Shown one piece after another: positions 19,033 through 30,749 of a DNA stretch of 64,000 nt (position 1 is the first letter of the stretch; each line of letters opens with the position of its first letter). Origin of the DNA: Nitrospinales bacterium (lineage in GTDB: Bacteria > Nitrospinota > Nitrospinia > Nitrospinales > VA-1); assembly GCA_965262115.1 (NCBI GenBank), contig OZ253496.1, forward strand, positions 1,664,001 through 1,728,000, in the 5' to 3' direction. The notes beneath the pieces were generated by a model. The model was not told where the DNA came from. It searched no databases and was given only the letters and a program-made list of their open reading frames with translations. Both the position numbers and the translations under genes were made by a program.

Positions 19033-20394
19033 CTAATGGAACACTTTAGCGATGAAGACGATGCCCACCGCAACGGGGGTGATGTAGCGGATGAGGAACT
19101 CCCAGCTTTGTGCCCAAGGAAAGCCGAAAGCGTTTTCGTTTTTCTCGATTTCTTCATGCGCGTTTTTAGTGCCCCAGACCCAGCCTACGAAAATGGCGGT
19201 CAACATGCCGCCTAACGGTAAAAGGTAATTGGAAGCAATGTTGTCAATATGATCGAAGAAGGTCATGCCCAACAATTTCACATCTGCCAAAACACCAAAG
19301 GACAAACCACTGGGAATTCCTAACGCGAAGATGGTCAGGCCGACAATGAGCACGGCTCTTTTTCGCTCCCATCCCCGCTGGTCGATGAAATAGGCCACGA
19401 CCACCTCCAGCAATGATATGCCTGAGGTGATGGCGGCAATGGCCAGCAGGACAAAAAAGATCACGGCCACGCCATGGCCGAGAGGCATGCTGGCAAATAC
19501 GGTAGGCAGAACGCTGAAGACTAATCCCGGGCCTTCGGTAGGTTCGAGTCCCATCGCAAACACCGCCGGGAAAATTACCATGCCGACCATAAGAGCGATG
19601 AGGGTGTCGAACATCACAACATAAACGGTGGAAGAGGTCAGGTTTTCTTTTTCCGACAGGTAACTGCCATAAGTGATCATAGCCCCCATTCCCAGGCTGA
19701 GTGAAAAGAAGGCCTGCCCCAAAGCAATCAGCACAACATTGGCGCTGATCTTGCTGAAGTCGGGAGTTAGATAAAAGGCCACGCCTTCCATCGCTCCATT
19801 GAGAGTGAGGGAGCGCATCATTAGTAGAATCAGGATGATGACCAGAGTCGGCATGAGGATGTTGCAGGCTTTTTCGATGCCGCCATGCACGCCTCTTAAG
19901 ACGATGGCGATGCAGGTTCCCATGAACAGCGCATGATAGAAAAGCACTTCCCCGGAATTTCCTATAAAGCTTGCAAAAAACTCGCCCGCTTCCTTAGGGG
20001 AGGGAAATGCCAGCACCGAACCGGTGATGGATTTCGCGACATAAGCGAAAGTCCAACCGCCCACCACACCATAAAAGGAAAGGATGAAGAATCCGGCGAG
20101 CACGCCCATATAACCGATGGCGGTCCACGGCGATTTGGGTTGCAGTTGTTCAAAAGCGCCGACCGGATTGCGATTGGTTTTTCGGCCCAGAGTAAACTCA
20201 GCCAGCATGATGGGCGTACCGATCACGAAGATACAGACCAGATAAATGAGCACAAACGCCCCACCGCCATTCTGCCCCACTATATAAGGAAACTTCCAGA
20301 CATTGCCGAGTCCCACAGCGGAACCGGAAGCGGCCAGGATGAACCCCCAGCGACTGCCCCAGAACCCGCGCTGATTATTGCTTTCGGTCTTCAT
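19033..20394 (-). CDS. Sodium-dependent transporter, NSS/SNF family
   Basis: GSAVGLGNVWKFPY, NGGGAF, QAFFSLSLG and GPGLVF motifs. Confidence 0.93.
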   Translation of the reverse strand: MKTESNNQRGFWGSRWGFILAASGSAVGLGNVWKFPYIVGQNGGGAFVLIYLVCIFVIGTPIMLAEFTLGRKTNRNPVGAFEQLQPKSPWTAIGYMGVLAGFFILSFYGVVGGWTFAYVAKSITGSVLAFPSPKEAGEFFASFIGNSGEVLFYHALFMGTCIAIVLRGVHGGIEKACNILMPTLVIILILLMMRSLTLNGAMEGVAFYLTPDFSKISANVVLIALGQAFFSLSLGMGAMITYGSYLSEKENLTSSTVYVVMFDTLIALMVGMVIFPAVFAMGLEPTEGPGLVFSVLPTVFASMPLGHGVAVIFFVLLAIAAITSGISLLEVVVAYFIDQRGWERKRAVLIVGLTIFALGIPSGLSFGVLADVKLLGMTFFDHIDNIASNYLLPLGGMLTAIFVGWVWGTKNAHEEIEKNENAFGFPWAQSWEFLIRYITPVAVGIVFIAKVFH

Positions 20395-20449
20395 CTAAAT
20401 GGGAGTATATTTTCAAGATGACTCGTTGCTGGCAACCGGGAGGTTTCCT

Positions 20450-22288
20450 CTGAGAAAAGTAATCAAAGATATCATAGAGAATATTCCCAAGCTACCCGGA
20501 ATTTATATCATGAAGGATTCCCGGTCGGAAATTCTTTATATCGGCAAGGCCAAAGTCCTGAGAAACCGGGTGCGTTCTTATTTCCAGAATTCCCGCACCC
20601 TCCACCCCAGGACGAGGATGTTTCTAGACAAAGTCCGCGACATCAAGTTTTTGACCACTAAGACGGAAGCCGAAGCGCTGATCTTGGAAAGTAATTTCGT
20701 CAAGAAGCATCAACCCCGCTATAACGTCCTGCTCAAAGACGACAAGCATTACCCTTATTTGCGTTTGACCACGCAGGAGAAATTTCCAAGGCTGGAGGTG
20801 GTGCGCCGGGTGCGAAAAGACAAGGCGATTTATTTCGGTCCTTATACCATGGTCAAGGAAGTCCGTGAAACGATCCGGCTGATTTATAAAATCTTTCCGC
20901 TTCGCCAGAGCAAAGACAAGCTGAGTGGAGAACCCATGCGTCGCCCCTGCCTCAACCACCAGATGGGCCGGTGCCTGGCCCCGTGCGCCGGCAAGGTTTC
21001 TCCCGACGATTATAAGAAAGTGGTTGAGGATGTGGAGCTGTTTCTCAAAGGCAAAAACGCGTCGCTCCTGAAAAACCTGAAGGCGGGTATGGAAGCGGCG
21101 TCTGCAGAGACGCGCTACGAAGAAGCCGCGATTTTCCGGGATAAAATCCAGGCTGTGCAAACGGTGCTCGACAAACAGAAAATCATCTCCACTTCTCTGC
21201 AGGATCAGGATGTCATTGCCTATTGTTCCGAAAAAGATCAGGCGATGGCGCAGGTACTGATCATCCGCGATGGAAAAATGCTGAGCGAAAAAATATTCAA
21301 GCTGAAATCGCTCAACGAAATGGAAGAAGATGAAACCCTGTCCTCTTTTCTCAAACAGTACTACGCCGAAGAGGTGGTTCTGCCCACTGAAATTTTATTG
21401 CCCCATCCTGTTGAAGATTCCGATTTGATCGCCGACTGGCTGTCAGAAAAAAAAGGCACCCAGGTGAGGCTCGAAACTCCTGTAATCGGTAAAAAACGCG
21501 ATCTCGTGAGAATGGCGGAAGAAAACGCCCGTTTTGCCATGAGAATGGAGCGCGACAAGGGCAATGTTGGCACCCGCTCGCTGGAAGAACTGCAAACGGC
21601 TCTCGGCCTGAACCATTTCCCGGAAGTGATTGAAGGGTTTGATTTGTCCAATATATCGGGAAGCCACGCGGTGGGTTCGATGGTGGTGTTTGAAAACGCC
21701 CTGGCAGAAAAATCTAAATACCGCCGCTACAAAATTGCCACGGTAAAAGGCATTGACGATTACGCCATGCTGAGAGAGGTGATGACCCGCCGTTATCGCC
21801 TACTCCTCAACGAGGGCAGTCCGTTGCCCAATCTGGTGCTCATCGATGGAGGCAAAGGCCATTTGAACTCCGGCCGGGAAGTTTTTGAGGCTTTGGGACT
21901 TCTCGACCGGGTCGACCTGGCCTGCATCGCTAAGGGGAAATATCGCAACAATCTTGATACGGATGAGGTTTATTTATTGGACAAAAAAGAACCGGTGCTG
22001 TTTAAAGAGAACTCCCCTTCCCGATTTCTCATGCAACGGATTCGTGATGAGGCGCACCGGTTTGCCATTTCCTATCACCGTAGATTACGCGGCAGGGAGG
22101 CTTTGATCTCACCGTTGGAAAACATTCCGGGTATCGGCAAAAAGCGCCGGTTACTGCTTTTAAAGCAATTTGGCAGTCTGGAAAATATCCGCAATGCTTC
22201 GGTGGAGGAACTGACCAGCCTGCCGGGCATCACCCGGTCTCTGGCAGAAAAACTGCGCCAGCGTGACGCTGGACCCAATGAGCAATAG
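20450..22288 (+). CDS. uvrC: Excinuclease ABC subunit C
   Basis: PGIY...YIGKAK GIY-YIG domain, FDLSN, DGGKG and HhH (IPGIGKKR). Start uncertain: in-frame CTG at 20450 follows GGGAGG; the ORF track starts at 20399. Confidence 0.93.
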   Translation: MRKVIKDIIENIPKLPGIYIMKDSRSEILYIGKAKVLRNRVRSYFQNSRTLHPRTRMFLDKVRDIKFLTTKTEAEALILESNFVKKHQPRYNVLLKDDKHYPYLRLTTQEKFPRLEVVRRVRKDKAIYFGPYTMVKEVRETIRLIYKIFPLRQSKDKLSGEPMRRPCLNHQMGRCLAPCAGKVSPDDYKKVVEDVELFLKGKNASLLKNLKAGMEAASAETRYEEAAIFRDKIQAVQTVLDKQKIISTSLQDQDVIAYCSEKDQAMAQVLIIRDGKMLSEKIFKLKSLNEMEEDETLSSFLKQYYAEEVVLPTEILLPHPVEDSDLIADWLSEKKGTQVRLETPVIGKKRDLVRMAEENARFAMRMERDKGNVGTRSLEELQTALGLNHFPEVIEGFDLSNISGSHAVGSMVVFENALAEKSKYRRYKIATVKGIDDYAMLREVMTRRYRLLLNEGSPLPNLVLIDGGKGHLNSGREVFEALGLLDRVDLACIAKGKYRNNLDTDEVYLLDKKEPVLFKENSPSRFLMQRIRDEAHRFAISYHRRLRGREALISPLENIPGIGKKRRLLLLKQFGSLENIRNASVEELTSLPGITRSLAEKLRQRDAGPNEQ

Positions 22289-22452
22289 CTTTTTTTGGCA
22301 AGCAAAGAGTTGTCTCGGCTTGAAGAGGTTTTGCCCATTGCCCCCACGGTTAGTGGCCAGCGGTCGGGGGCAACTAGCAATGGCTTTCATCTGCTGGCAA
22401 AGAGTTGTCTCGACCGATAAGACTATGGCCAGTTCCCTCCCACGGAAGTGGG
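22257..22452. repeat. Family C repeat overlapping the uvrC 3' end
   Basis: 22257-22285 is identical to 63480-63508; AGAGTTGTCTCG occurs twice; GGGGGCAACTAGCAA module. Confidence 0.8.
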
Positions 22453-22478
22453 TGGCTTTTATCTGCGCTCAATCGTGT

Positions 22479-23279
<801 letters not shown>

Positions 23280-23453
23280 TAAGGGGTGTGGGGCCAATTT
23301 TGGCCACTCCTTAACAATTTCACCCCCTTCTGAGCTGTGAAACTTTTTAAAGATCAATACATTATTATGATATTGACTAAATTTATAATATATTATAAAT
23401 TTATATATAATGATAATAGTTCATAAAAGTTGTTCAAAAGAAAAGGTGTATTA

Positions 23454-24680
23454 ATGACAGAGCTGAATCCATTTAAACCAGGTGCGGGGCATATGCCACC
23501 CTACTTGGCAGGACGAAATGAAGAAACAGAAGAGTTCAGGAGCCTACTTAAGCAAAAAATAATCCTGAATAATATGGTGCTCACTGGATTAATGGGTGTG
23601 GGGAAGACCGTTCTTCTGGGAACATTCAAACCCCTCGCCCAAGCAGACAGATGGATATGGGTTGGAACTGATTTGTCAGAATCAGCAAGTGTGAATGAGG
23701 AAACATTTATTCTTAGATTGTTCACTGATTTGTCTGTGGTTACATCAAATGTACCGTTTGAAAAGGAACAAATTAGACGGATCGGGTTTGATTCAGAAGC
23801 AGTTTTTAAAGAGCGCTTTTTGAACTTTAATAATCTGGTGCTGCTTTACAAAACACTCCCTGGTCTCCCATCTGATAAATTAAAAAACATACTGGAATTA
23901 ATTTGGGAAAACATAAAAGATCAAGGCATCAAAGGAATTATTTTTGCGTACGACGAAGCACAAACGATGTCTAATCATCAAAAAAAAGAACAGTATCCAC
24001 TGTCACTACTTTTAGATGTTTTCCAATCCATACAAGCCAAGGATATCCCATTTATGTTAGTTCTTGCGGGTCTTCCCACACTCTTTCCTCAACTAGTTGA
24101 AGCCAGAACTTTCGCAGAAAGAATGTTCCATGTGGTTTTCCTGTCAACCTTGAAGGAACCAGAAAGTCGAGATGCAATCATAAAGCCGTTGAAGAAACAA
24201 GACCCTGATACAGGAACCTTTTTTAAAGAGGGCTCAATTAATCTGATCATTCAAACTTCAGGCGGTTATCCTTATTTCATTCAATTTATTTGCAGGGAAG
24301 TGTTTGATATTTTTTTACAGAATCGTGCCATGGGGAAATCAATGACGGTACCAATGAAAGAAATAACAAATAAATTAGACACAGATTTTTTTGCTGGCCG
24401 ATGGGGGAGAGCAACAGACAGGCAAAGGGAGTTACTATCAGTCATAGCACAATTAGAAAACTGCGACACAGAATTCAGTGTGCAGGATATTGTTGAAATC
24501 TCGAAAGAGAAATTACCAAAACCTTTCAGCAGTAGCCACGTAAATCAGATGTTATTAACTCTTAGCAATAACGGTCTCGTTTATAAAAATAGATATGGCA
24601 GGTATTCATTTGCCGTTCCATTATTAGGCGATTTTGTTTTAAGACAAGACATATCACAAACGCCCTCTTGCAATGATTGA
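23454..24680 (+). CDS. P-loop (AAA/STAND-like) ATPase with C-terminal winged helix
   Basis: NPFKPGAG..PP.LAGR, Walker A GLMGVGKT, Walker B IFAYDEAQ, GGYPYFIQ; low GC. Confidence 0.85.
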   Translation: MTELNPFKPGAGHMPPYLAGRNEETEEFRSLLKQKIILNNMVLTGLMGVGKTVLLGTFKPLAQADRWIWVGTDLSESASVNEETFILRLFTDLSVVTSNVPFEKEQIRRIGFDSEAVFKERFLNFNNLVLLYKTLPGLPSDKLKNILELIWENIKDQGIKGIIFAYDEAQTMSNHQKKEQYPLSLLLDVFQSIQAKDIPFMLVLAGLPTLFPQLVEARTFAERMFHVVFLSTLKEPESRDAIIKPLKKQDPDTGTFFKEGSINLIIQTSGGYPYFIQFICREVFDIFLQNRAMGKSMTVPMKEITNKLDTDFFAGRWGRATDRQRELLSVIAQLENCDTEFSVQDIVEISKEKLPKPFSSSHVNQMLLTLSNNGLVYKNRYGRYSFAVPLLGDFVLRQDISQTPSCND

Positions 24681-24772
24681 TTTTAAGAATAACCAGCAGA
24701 GATGCTGGGTTTAAAGCCAAGGTTAAAACTCTGCGAACGATCAAACACAGAAATTCAAAAACACTAATCCAA

Positions 24773-25744
24773 TTAAATATCTCTGAATATCTTTATCAAC
24801 TTCTTCACCGAGCCGGATTGCAGGGCTTTGAAAATCTTTTCCACCTGTGCGGATAATTCTTTTTCGCTCTGGAACTTCAGTTCCAGTTTCAATTCGTTAC
24901 TCTCAAACGTATCCTGAAACCGGAGCTTGGTTTTGTCGTCCAGTTCCATTTCATTGAGAGCGCGGACGACTCGCTTTCTCATGTCTGACAGAACCGGATA
25001 ACGCAGGCCATAAAGTATTTTGTGAATCTGCTCATATTTTGGCGGGGCTTGTAAATCCGATGCCGCCAGAATTTTTTGAAGTTCATCGCGGGACAAAATT
25101 TCTCCCGGCGTGGTGTTTTCTCTTGTAGCCACTTCATCGACGAGTTCCAGCAGGTCCCGCCATTTGTTGACCCCTGGTTTGAGGGCAGAAAACAAATTTT
25201 CGGCTTCCTCCAGACGGTCCCATTTATAAAAATTGCTGAAGGTTTTAACCGGAACTCCGGCCCGGTGCAGCAAGATTTGCATCTTGGGGCTTAAGGATTT
25301 GACGCTGGACAAGTCTAAAAATATTTTTTTACTGCGTTCCAGTTCCAGTAAAGGCATATACTCTTCAATAATGGTTTCATCAGAAACTCCAGAATGCGTG
25401 AGTTTGTTAAGGATGATTCCCTTTTCAATGTCGCTATAATGCCGCTGCCCGAAATTTTCGTTCAGGTTTATGACCAATCGTGATGCATTATCTATTTCAG
25501 GTATGATGAAGGCGGGGATGCTGGTTAAGCCTGATCGGGGGGCCGCCTGGAAACGTTTATGTCCACTGACGATTGCATAGCGATTCCCGGATGGACAGAC
25601 GGAAATAGGGTGCCGGATGCCGATCACTTTGATCGAGTCCGTTAACTTTTCCGGGCAGCCGTCCAGCGAGAAATCCGTCAACCGGTATTCAGGGTCGACA
25701 TCTGTTAACGGGATTTCGGAAACATCAGAAAGTTTGATTTTCAT
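24773..25744 (-). CDS. ParB/Srx N-terminal domain protein
   Basis: L..SI...GI..PI.V, IVSGHKRF.A and L.EN motif. Confidence 0.75.
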   Translation of the reverse strand: MKIKLSDVSEIPLTDVDPEYRLTDFSLDGCPEKLTDSIKVIGIRHPISVCPSGNRYAIVSGHKRFQAAPRSGLTSIPAFIIPEIDNASRLVINLNENFGQRHYSDIEKGIILNKLTHSGVSDETIIEEYMPLLELERSKKIFLDLSSVKSLSPKMQILLHRAGVPVKTFSNFYKWDRLEEAENLFSALKPGVNKWRDLLELVDEVATRENTTPGEILSRDELQKILAASDLQAPPKYEQIHKILYGLRYPVLSDMRKRVVRALNEMELDDKTKLRFQDTFESNELKLELKFQSEKELSAQVEKIFKALQSGSVKKLIKIFRDI

Positions 25745-26630
25745 GCAATCGATCAAAAAAATATTATGGACCCTCACCCTGGGGTTGATTCTTTCTGGTT
25801 GTCAGGAAAAAATTCCTCAAGGCATGGTTTTGATTCCGTCAGGAGAGTTTACCATTGGAACCGACCAGACAGATGAGGAAAACCACGCGCTTTCTTTAGG
25901 GCTGAACAAACCCTGGTTTGCCGACGAGTCGCCCCAGCGGCGTATCGACATCCCCGATTATTATATTGACCGGTTTGAGGTGACCAACCTCCAATATTTT
26001 ATTTTTTGCCAGGCCAGCGACCACAAACCGCCACGTTATTGGAAGGGCGAAAAGTTTCCCGAAGGGCAGCAGCGCCTCCCAGTCACGGAAGTGAATTATT
26101 TTGACGCCAGCGCCTACGCCAAATGGGTCGGCAAGCGCTTGCCCAATGAGAAGGAGTGGGAAAAAGCGGCGAGGGGTCGGGCTGGATTCATCTATCCCTG
26201 GGGCGATGATTTTTTACCGGGTGTTGCCAACCTCAGTCTTTCTCCCAGAACAAAAACAGACCAGGGATTGAAACCGGTCGGCAGTTTCCCTAAAAGCGCC
26301 AGTCCTTATAAGGTGCACGATATGATCGGCAACGCCTGGGAATGGGTCTGGGAATATTATCAGCCTTATCCTGGCAACAGGTTTAAAAATCCGGCCTATG
26401 AAAAGAAAGAGATCGTGGTGCGGGGCTTGTCGTATATGGGTGTGGGGCATTTCAGCAAAAAGGATTTTTTGAAGGTTGTCTCGCTCAAGGCCCGGGCTTC
26501 TTACCGCGCGCACCTCAACCCGCTGGCACGGAAAAAGGATGTCGGTTTTCGTTGCGCCAAAGATCGCCCGTCATTTATGGAAAGGGTTTTTGGCATCAAA
26601 TCCGCCGAGCCGAAAGAAACGGCAGTATAA
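25743..26630 (+). CDS. Formylglycine-generating enzyme (SUMF1/FGE-sulfatase) domain lipoprotein
   Basis: Lipobox LSGC, FEVTN..Y, RLPNEKEWEKAARG, DMIGNAWEW and GFRCAK. Confidence 0.88.
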   Translation: MQSIKKILWTLTLGLILSGCQEKIPQGMVLIPSGEFTIGTDQTDEENHALSLGLNKPWFADESPQRRIDIPDYYIDRFEVTNLQYFIFCQASDHKPPRYWKGEKFPEGQQRLPVTEVNYFDASAYAKWVGKRLPNEKEWEKAARGRAGFIYPWGDDFLPGVANLSLSPRTKTDQGLKPVGSFPKSASPYKVHDMIGNAWEWVWEYYQPYPGNRFKNPAYEKKEIVVRGLSYMGVGHFSKKDFLKVVSLKARASYRAHLNPLARKKDVGFRCAKDRPSFMERVFGIKSAEPKETAV

Positions 26631-26752
26631 AAAATTGCTTGAAATGGTGGTTGTTTTCACTGATTTTAATGGAGTAGTATAATATTATCATCCTGTTTAA
26701 TTCCCCGTTTTGTTCGGAATGTTAACTCGCAAATTTAAGGTCAGAAAACGTT

Positions 26753-29700
26753 TTGAATTTTGAAGATGTATTAGGAACCCAGGTTCTTTTTCTGGATGGT
26801 GCCATGGGCACCATGGTCCAGAACCTGGAGTTGGGAGATTCTGCTTTTGGCGGTCCCGCGTTTAAAATGCTGACCGATCTGTTGATCTTTTCTCGCCCGG
26901 ATGATCTGGAAGGTATCCACCTGAAATATTTAGAGGCCGGGGCTAACCTGATTGAGACCGATACCTTCGGCGCTTCTCCTTTGCGTCTGGCCGAATTCGA
27001 TTTCAAGGATGTCGACCTGGCCGATATAAAAGCCATCCCGAAAGAGTTGAACCTTAAAGAGTCGGACTATGACGCGATCACTCACCATTTGAATGTTGAG
27101 GGTTGCCGCATCGCCAGAAAGGCAATCGACCGCTATAAAGTCTCGCTGGATTATGACGACCGGCCCTTGTTTGTGGCCGGTTCCATCGGGCCTTCCAACT
27201 ATGTTCTTTCCAAGACCGAAGCCGATCTCAAAAAAGCGACCTGGTCGCAGATTGTGGATAACAACAAAAAGCAGGTGTTGGGTTTGATCGAAGGCGGTGC
27301 CGATGTGCTTTTGTTTGAAACGCAACAGGACATCCTGGAACTGAAAGCCTCGTTAATTGGAGCCCAAGAGGCATTTACTGAGGCCGACAGCCGGCTTCCC
27401 ATCATTGCCCAGGTCACGGTGGATGGGTTTTCCAAAATGCAGATTTTCAATACTGATATTCACGCGGCTTATGTGGCGGTGCAGGGCATGGGGATTTCCG
27501 CCTTCGGCATCAACTGCAATACCGGCCCGGAGCTGATGGAAAAAACGGTGGAAAAACTAAGCCGAGTTTGCCATCATCCGATATCTATCGTGCCCAATGC
27601 CGGGCAACCCGTCTCCGAAGATGGCAAAACCTGTTACAAGCTTCAGCCTGAAGAGATGACGGATTATATCGAACGGTTTGTGAAAGATTCTGGAGTCGCC
27701 ATTATCGGCGGTTGTTGCGGAACCACGCCGGACCATATTCGCGCTTTGTCGAACCGTTTGAAAGGTGTGGTGCCCAATAGAAAAAAAATAGAGAAGCAGG
27801 TTTATGTCTCCGGTCCGCAGGAGGCGGTGGCTCTCGACAGTTCTGGGGCATTGCTCCGCATTGGTGAAAGGCTGAACGTCAGGGGCAGTAAAAAGGTTCG
27901 CGAAGCGGTGGAGCGTGACGATGGTATCCAGATGTCGACGCTGGAAGAGGTGACCGAAGAGCAGGTCAAGGATTTGGGAATCGAAATCATCGATGTTTGT
28001 ATGGACAGCAACATCGTTGAAACCGAAGCGGCATTGACCAAAATCATTTATGAACTAACCAGCGATTTCAAGGGTGTCATGTGCATCGACTCGTTTTCGG
28101 TTGAGGCGCTCAAGATGGCCATCGAAGTTTATCCGGGCAGGCCGATCATCAACTCCATCAGTCTTGAAGAATATGAGGCTGGGGTGAGCAAGCTGGATGC
28201 CGTGTTGTCTCAAACTGCGGCACATAATCCGGTCTACATTGCTTTGGTGAATGGACCGGAGGGACCAGGCCAGACCGCTGAGGAAAAATATGAGTTGGCC
28301 GCAGAAATTGTGAAACAGGCCGGGGAAAAATTTAATGTTCTGCCCGACCAGATTATTATTGATGTCAATGCTTATCCCATCGGTTCAGAATCCGTCGAGG
28401 GTCTCAACTTTTGCGCGGAGACTTTAAAATGTCTGCCGCGTATCAAAGCCATTCATCCGGATCTTAAAACCAGTATGGGTGTGGGCAACCTGACCAACGG
28501 GCTTGCCGCCAAGCCCTATATGCGTAAAGTGCTGACCAGTGTGTTTCTCGATGAGGCTAGAAAGGCCGGGTTGGACTGTGCCATTTTGAATCCGCATCAT
28601 TATGTTCCGCTTGAAAGCCTGCCGGAAAGTGATGTGGTTCTGGCCCGCAAGGTCATTTTCGATCGCGACATGACCTCCTTTGAAGAATTGGAGGAGATTG
28701 CGTTGACCAAGAAAACAGGAGTCCAGGCCAACAAGGTTGTGTACGAAGACCTTCCTTTGGAAGAAAGCATTTGCCAGCGCATCAAGGACGGGTTCAAGCA
28801 AAAGCAGGAAGGAAACATTGAAAAAGCGGGTGGGGTTTTCCCCTATAAAGATCGCATTGTAGAGGATGTCGCCAAGGCCATAGAAACCCACGCGCCTTTG
28901 GAATTTATAAGCGGCCATCTCATGATTGCCATGCGTGAGCTGGGCGATGCTTTTGGTCGTGGGGAAGTGAGCCTGCCGCATCTTTTAAAGAGCGCCGATG
29001 TCATGCGCCATGTGATGCAGTTTCTCGAAAGCTTCATGCGGTTTCAAAGCGGCATCGAGCCCGGTGCTGAGATTGACTATAAGGGGGTAGTGGTGATTGG
29101 CACGGTCTATCAGGATGTGCATAGCATCGGTAAAGACCTGGCGAAAACCTTGCTTGAAAATTATGGTTACCGGGTGATTGACCTGGGTGTGCAGGTTCCG
29201 CTGGACCGGTTCATCGACACGGCCAAGCAAGAAAACGCCGATGCCATCGGCATGAGCGCCTTACTGGTGCAAACCTCCAACCACATGATAACGATCAGCC
29301 GCATGTTGCTCGACCGGAAATATTCCATTCCCATTCTCATTGGCGGGGCTCCGGTAAATTCCCGGCACGCCGGGTATGTGGCCATGCATGGCGGAGATGA
29401 TACGCAAGCGATTCTGGATAATGTTTTTTATTGCGGCAGTGGAATGGATGGGGTGAACACCATGGGACTTCTCATGGACAAAAATCAGCGTTCCGGTCTG
29501 CTGAAAGAAAATAAAGAAAAGTTGTTGCGTGAATATCACAAGGCAAAGGGAATTCAGAAAGAGAAAGACAAACTATTGCAGACCCTGCCCAGAAGAAAGG
29601 TCAATTTCAGGCATCATGAAAGTCCATCAGACGGATACGGAATTCACAAGGTCGAGTTCAAACTGCATAAGCTTGCAGGAAATATGGATCGCAAAAGTTT

Positions 29701-30370
29701 GTATTCGCTGAATTGGAAGTTCGGTAAAAAATCAAGCTGGATTCATAAGGGAGTGACTCTGCAACAACTTCAGGCTTTGGAAAAAACCTGGATAGAAAAA
29801 GCCGAGCAGAGAGGGTGGGTCGTTCCTAAAGCCCGGTTTGCACTTTTCCCGGCGCAATCGGATGGCGATGAGGTCATTATTTATGATCCGAAAAACCGGG
29901 AGAAGGAATTGGCCCGGCTCCGATTCGATGTCTGCATTGGCAAGGGAAGAAAAGATATCTTTTCGGTGGGGCAGTATTTTTATAGCAAAACTTCCGGGCA
30001 GTGGGATGTGGTTGGATTGCAGATATCGACCGCGGGCGACAAAGTCGAAGTGGGCATCGAAGAGTTCAAGGCGCAGAATGACAGCGAGTCGGCGTTATAC
30101 CTTCAGGGTTTGAGCGACCGCGTGGCCGAAGACCTGGCCGAATACATCCATCAATTGTTGCGTCAGAGGGTTGGGGCGAAAAAAGACAACCGGGGCCAGC
30201 GCTACAGTCCGGGTTACCCGGCCATCACCGACCTGACTTACAATCGTGTTATCTGGGAACTTCTGGGGGCCGAGGACATTGGTGTGACCCTGACCTCGGC
30301 GAATGAGTTTTACCCGCCCAGCACCACTGCCGCAGTGACCTGTTTTCACAAAGATGCCGGATACAATTAA
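26753..30370 (+). CDS. metH: Cobalamin-dependent methionine synthase
   Basis: DGAMGT, GINC and GGCCG homocysteine/Zn domain, IGERLN pterin domain, DVHSIG B12 motif, RYSPGYPA activation domain. Confidence 0.93.
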   Translation: MNFEDVLGTQVLFLDGAMGTMVQNLELGDSAFGGPAFKMLTDLLIFSRPDDLEGIHLKYLEAGANLIETDTFGASPLRLAEFDFKDVDLADIKAIPKELNLKESDYDAITHHLNVEGCRIARKAIDRYKVSLDYDDRPLFVAGSIGPSNYVLSKTEADLKKATWSQIVDNNKKQVLGLIEGGADVLLFETQQDILELKASLIGAQEAFTEADSRLPIIAQVTVDGFSKMQIFNTDIHAAYVAVQGMGISAFGINCNTGPELMEKTVEKLSRVCHHPISIVPNAGQPVSEDGKTCYKLQPEEMTDYIERFVKDSGVAIIGGCCGTTPDHIRALSNRLKGVVPNRKKIEKQVYVSGPQEAVALDSSGALLRIGERLNVRGSKKVREAVERDDGIQMSTLEEVTEEQVKDLGIEIIDVCMDSNIVETEAALTKIIYELTSDFKGVMCIDSFSVEALKMAIEVYPGRPIINSISLEEYEAGVSKLDAVLSQTAAHNPVYIALVNGPEGPGQTAEEKYELAAEIVKQAGEKFNVLPDQIIIDVNAYPIGSESVEGLNFCAETLKCLPRIKAIHPDLKTSMGVGNLTNGLAAKPYMRKVLTSVFLDEARKAGLDCAILNPHHYVPLESLPESDVVLARKVIFDRDMTSFEELEEIALTKKTGVQANKVVYEDLPLEESICQRIKDGFKQKQEGNIEKAGGVFPYKDRIVEDVAKAIETHAPLEFISGHLMIAMRELGDAFGRGEVSLPHLLKSADVMRHVMQFLESFMRFQSGIEPGAEIDYKGVVVIGTVYQDVHSIGKDLAKTLLENYGYRVIDLGVQVPLDRFIDTAKQENADAIGMSALLVQTSNHMITISRMLLDRKYSIPILIGGAPVNSRHAGYVAMHGGDDTQAILDNVFYCGSGMDGVNTMGLLMDKNQRSGLLKENKEKLLREYHKAKGIQKEKDKLLQTLPRRKVNFRHHESPSDGYGIHKVEFKLHKLAGNMDRKSLYSLNWKFGKKSSWIHKGVTLQQLQALEKTWIEKAEQRGWVVPKARFALFPAQSDGDEVIIYDPKNREKELARLRFDVCIGKGRKDIFSVGQYFYSKTSGQWDVVGLQISTAGDKVEVGIEEFKAQNDSESALYLQGLSDRVAEDLAEYIHQLLRQRVGAKKDNRGQRYSPGYPAITDLTYNRVIWELLGAEDIGVTLTSANEFYPPSTTAAVTCFHKDAGYN

Positions 30371-30500
30371 CCCCCGGCGAGCCGCCGCCGACAAATTGCC
30401 ATAACTTTCATTAGCTGGCAAAGAGTTATCTCGGCCTAAAAAGTCTTCGCCCAATTTCCACCGGGCGTTGCCCGGTCAAGTCCTTGCAATTTTTAGCCGA
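30371..30500. repeat. Family C repeat
   Basis: GGCGAGCCGCCG, GCTGGCAAAGAGTTATCTCGGC modules shared with 22400, 40351 and 41635. Confidence 0.7.
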
Positions 30501-30749
30501 TAAGAAAACACTCGCCGGATCAGGATTTGCTGGTTTGGCGGGTTGTGGGATGATAAGATAAACCCATGAAACAAAAGGCCTTGGTCTATAAAGGGTAGGG
30601 GGAAATAAAACCTTTATATAATTGACATCATTTGTTAAGATGATATGGGAGTTTACCCGAATATAGAACAGAGATATTGCCCGTCAATTTTTACTCCTGT
30701 GGGCCTCTTTTCAGATTATAAATCCGCTAATTTTGAGGCAAGTTGAATC

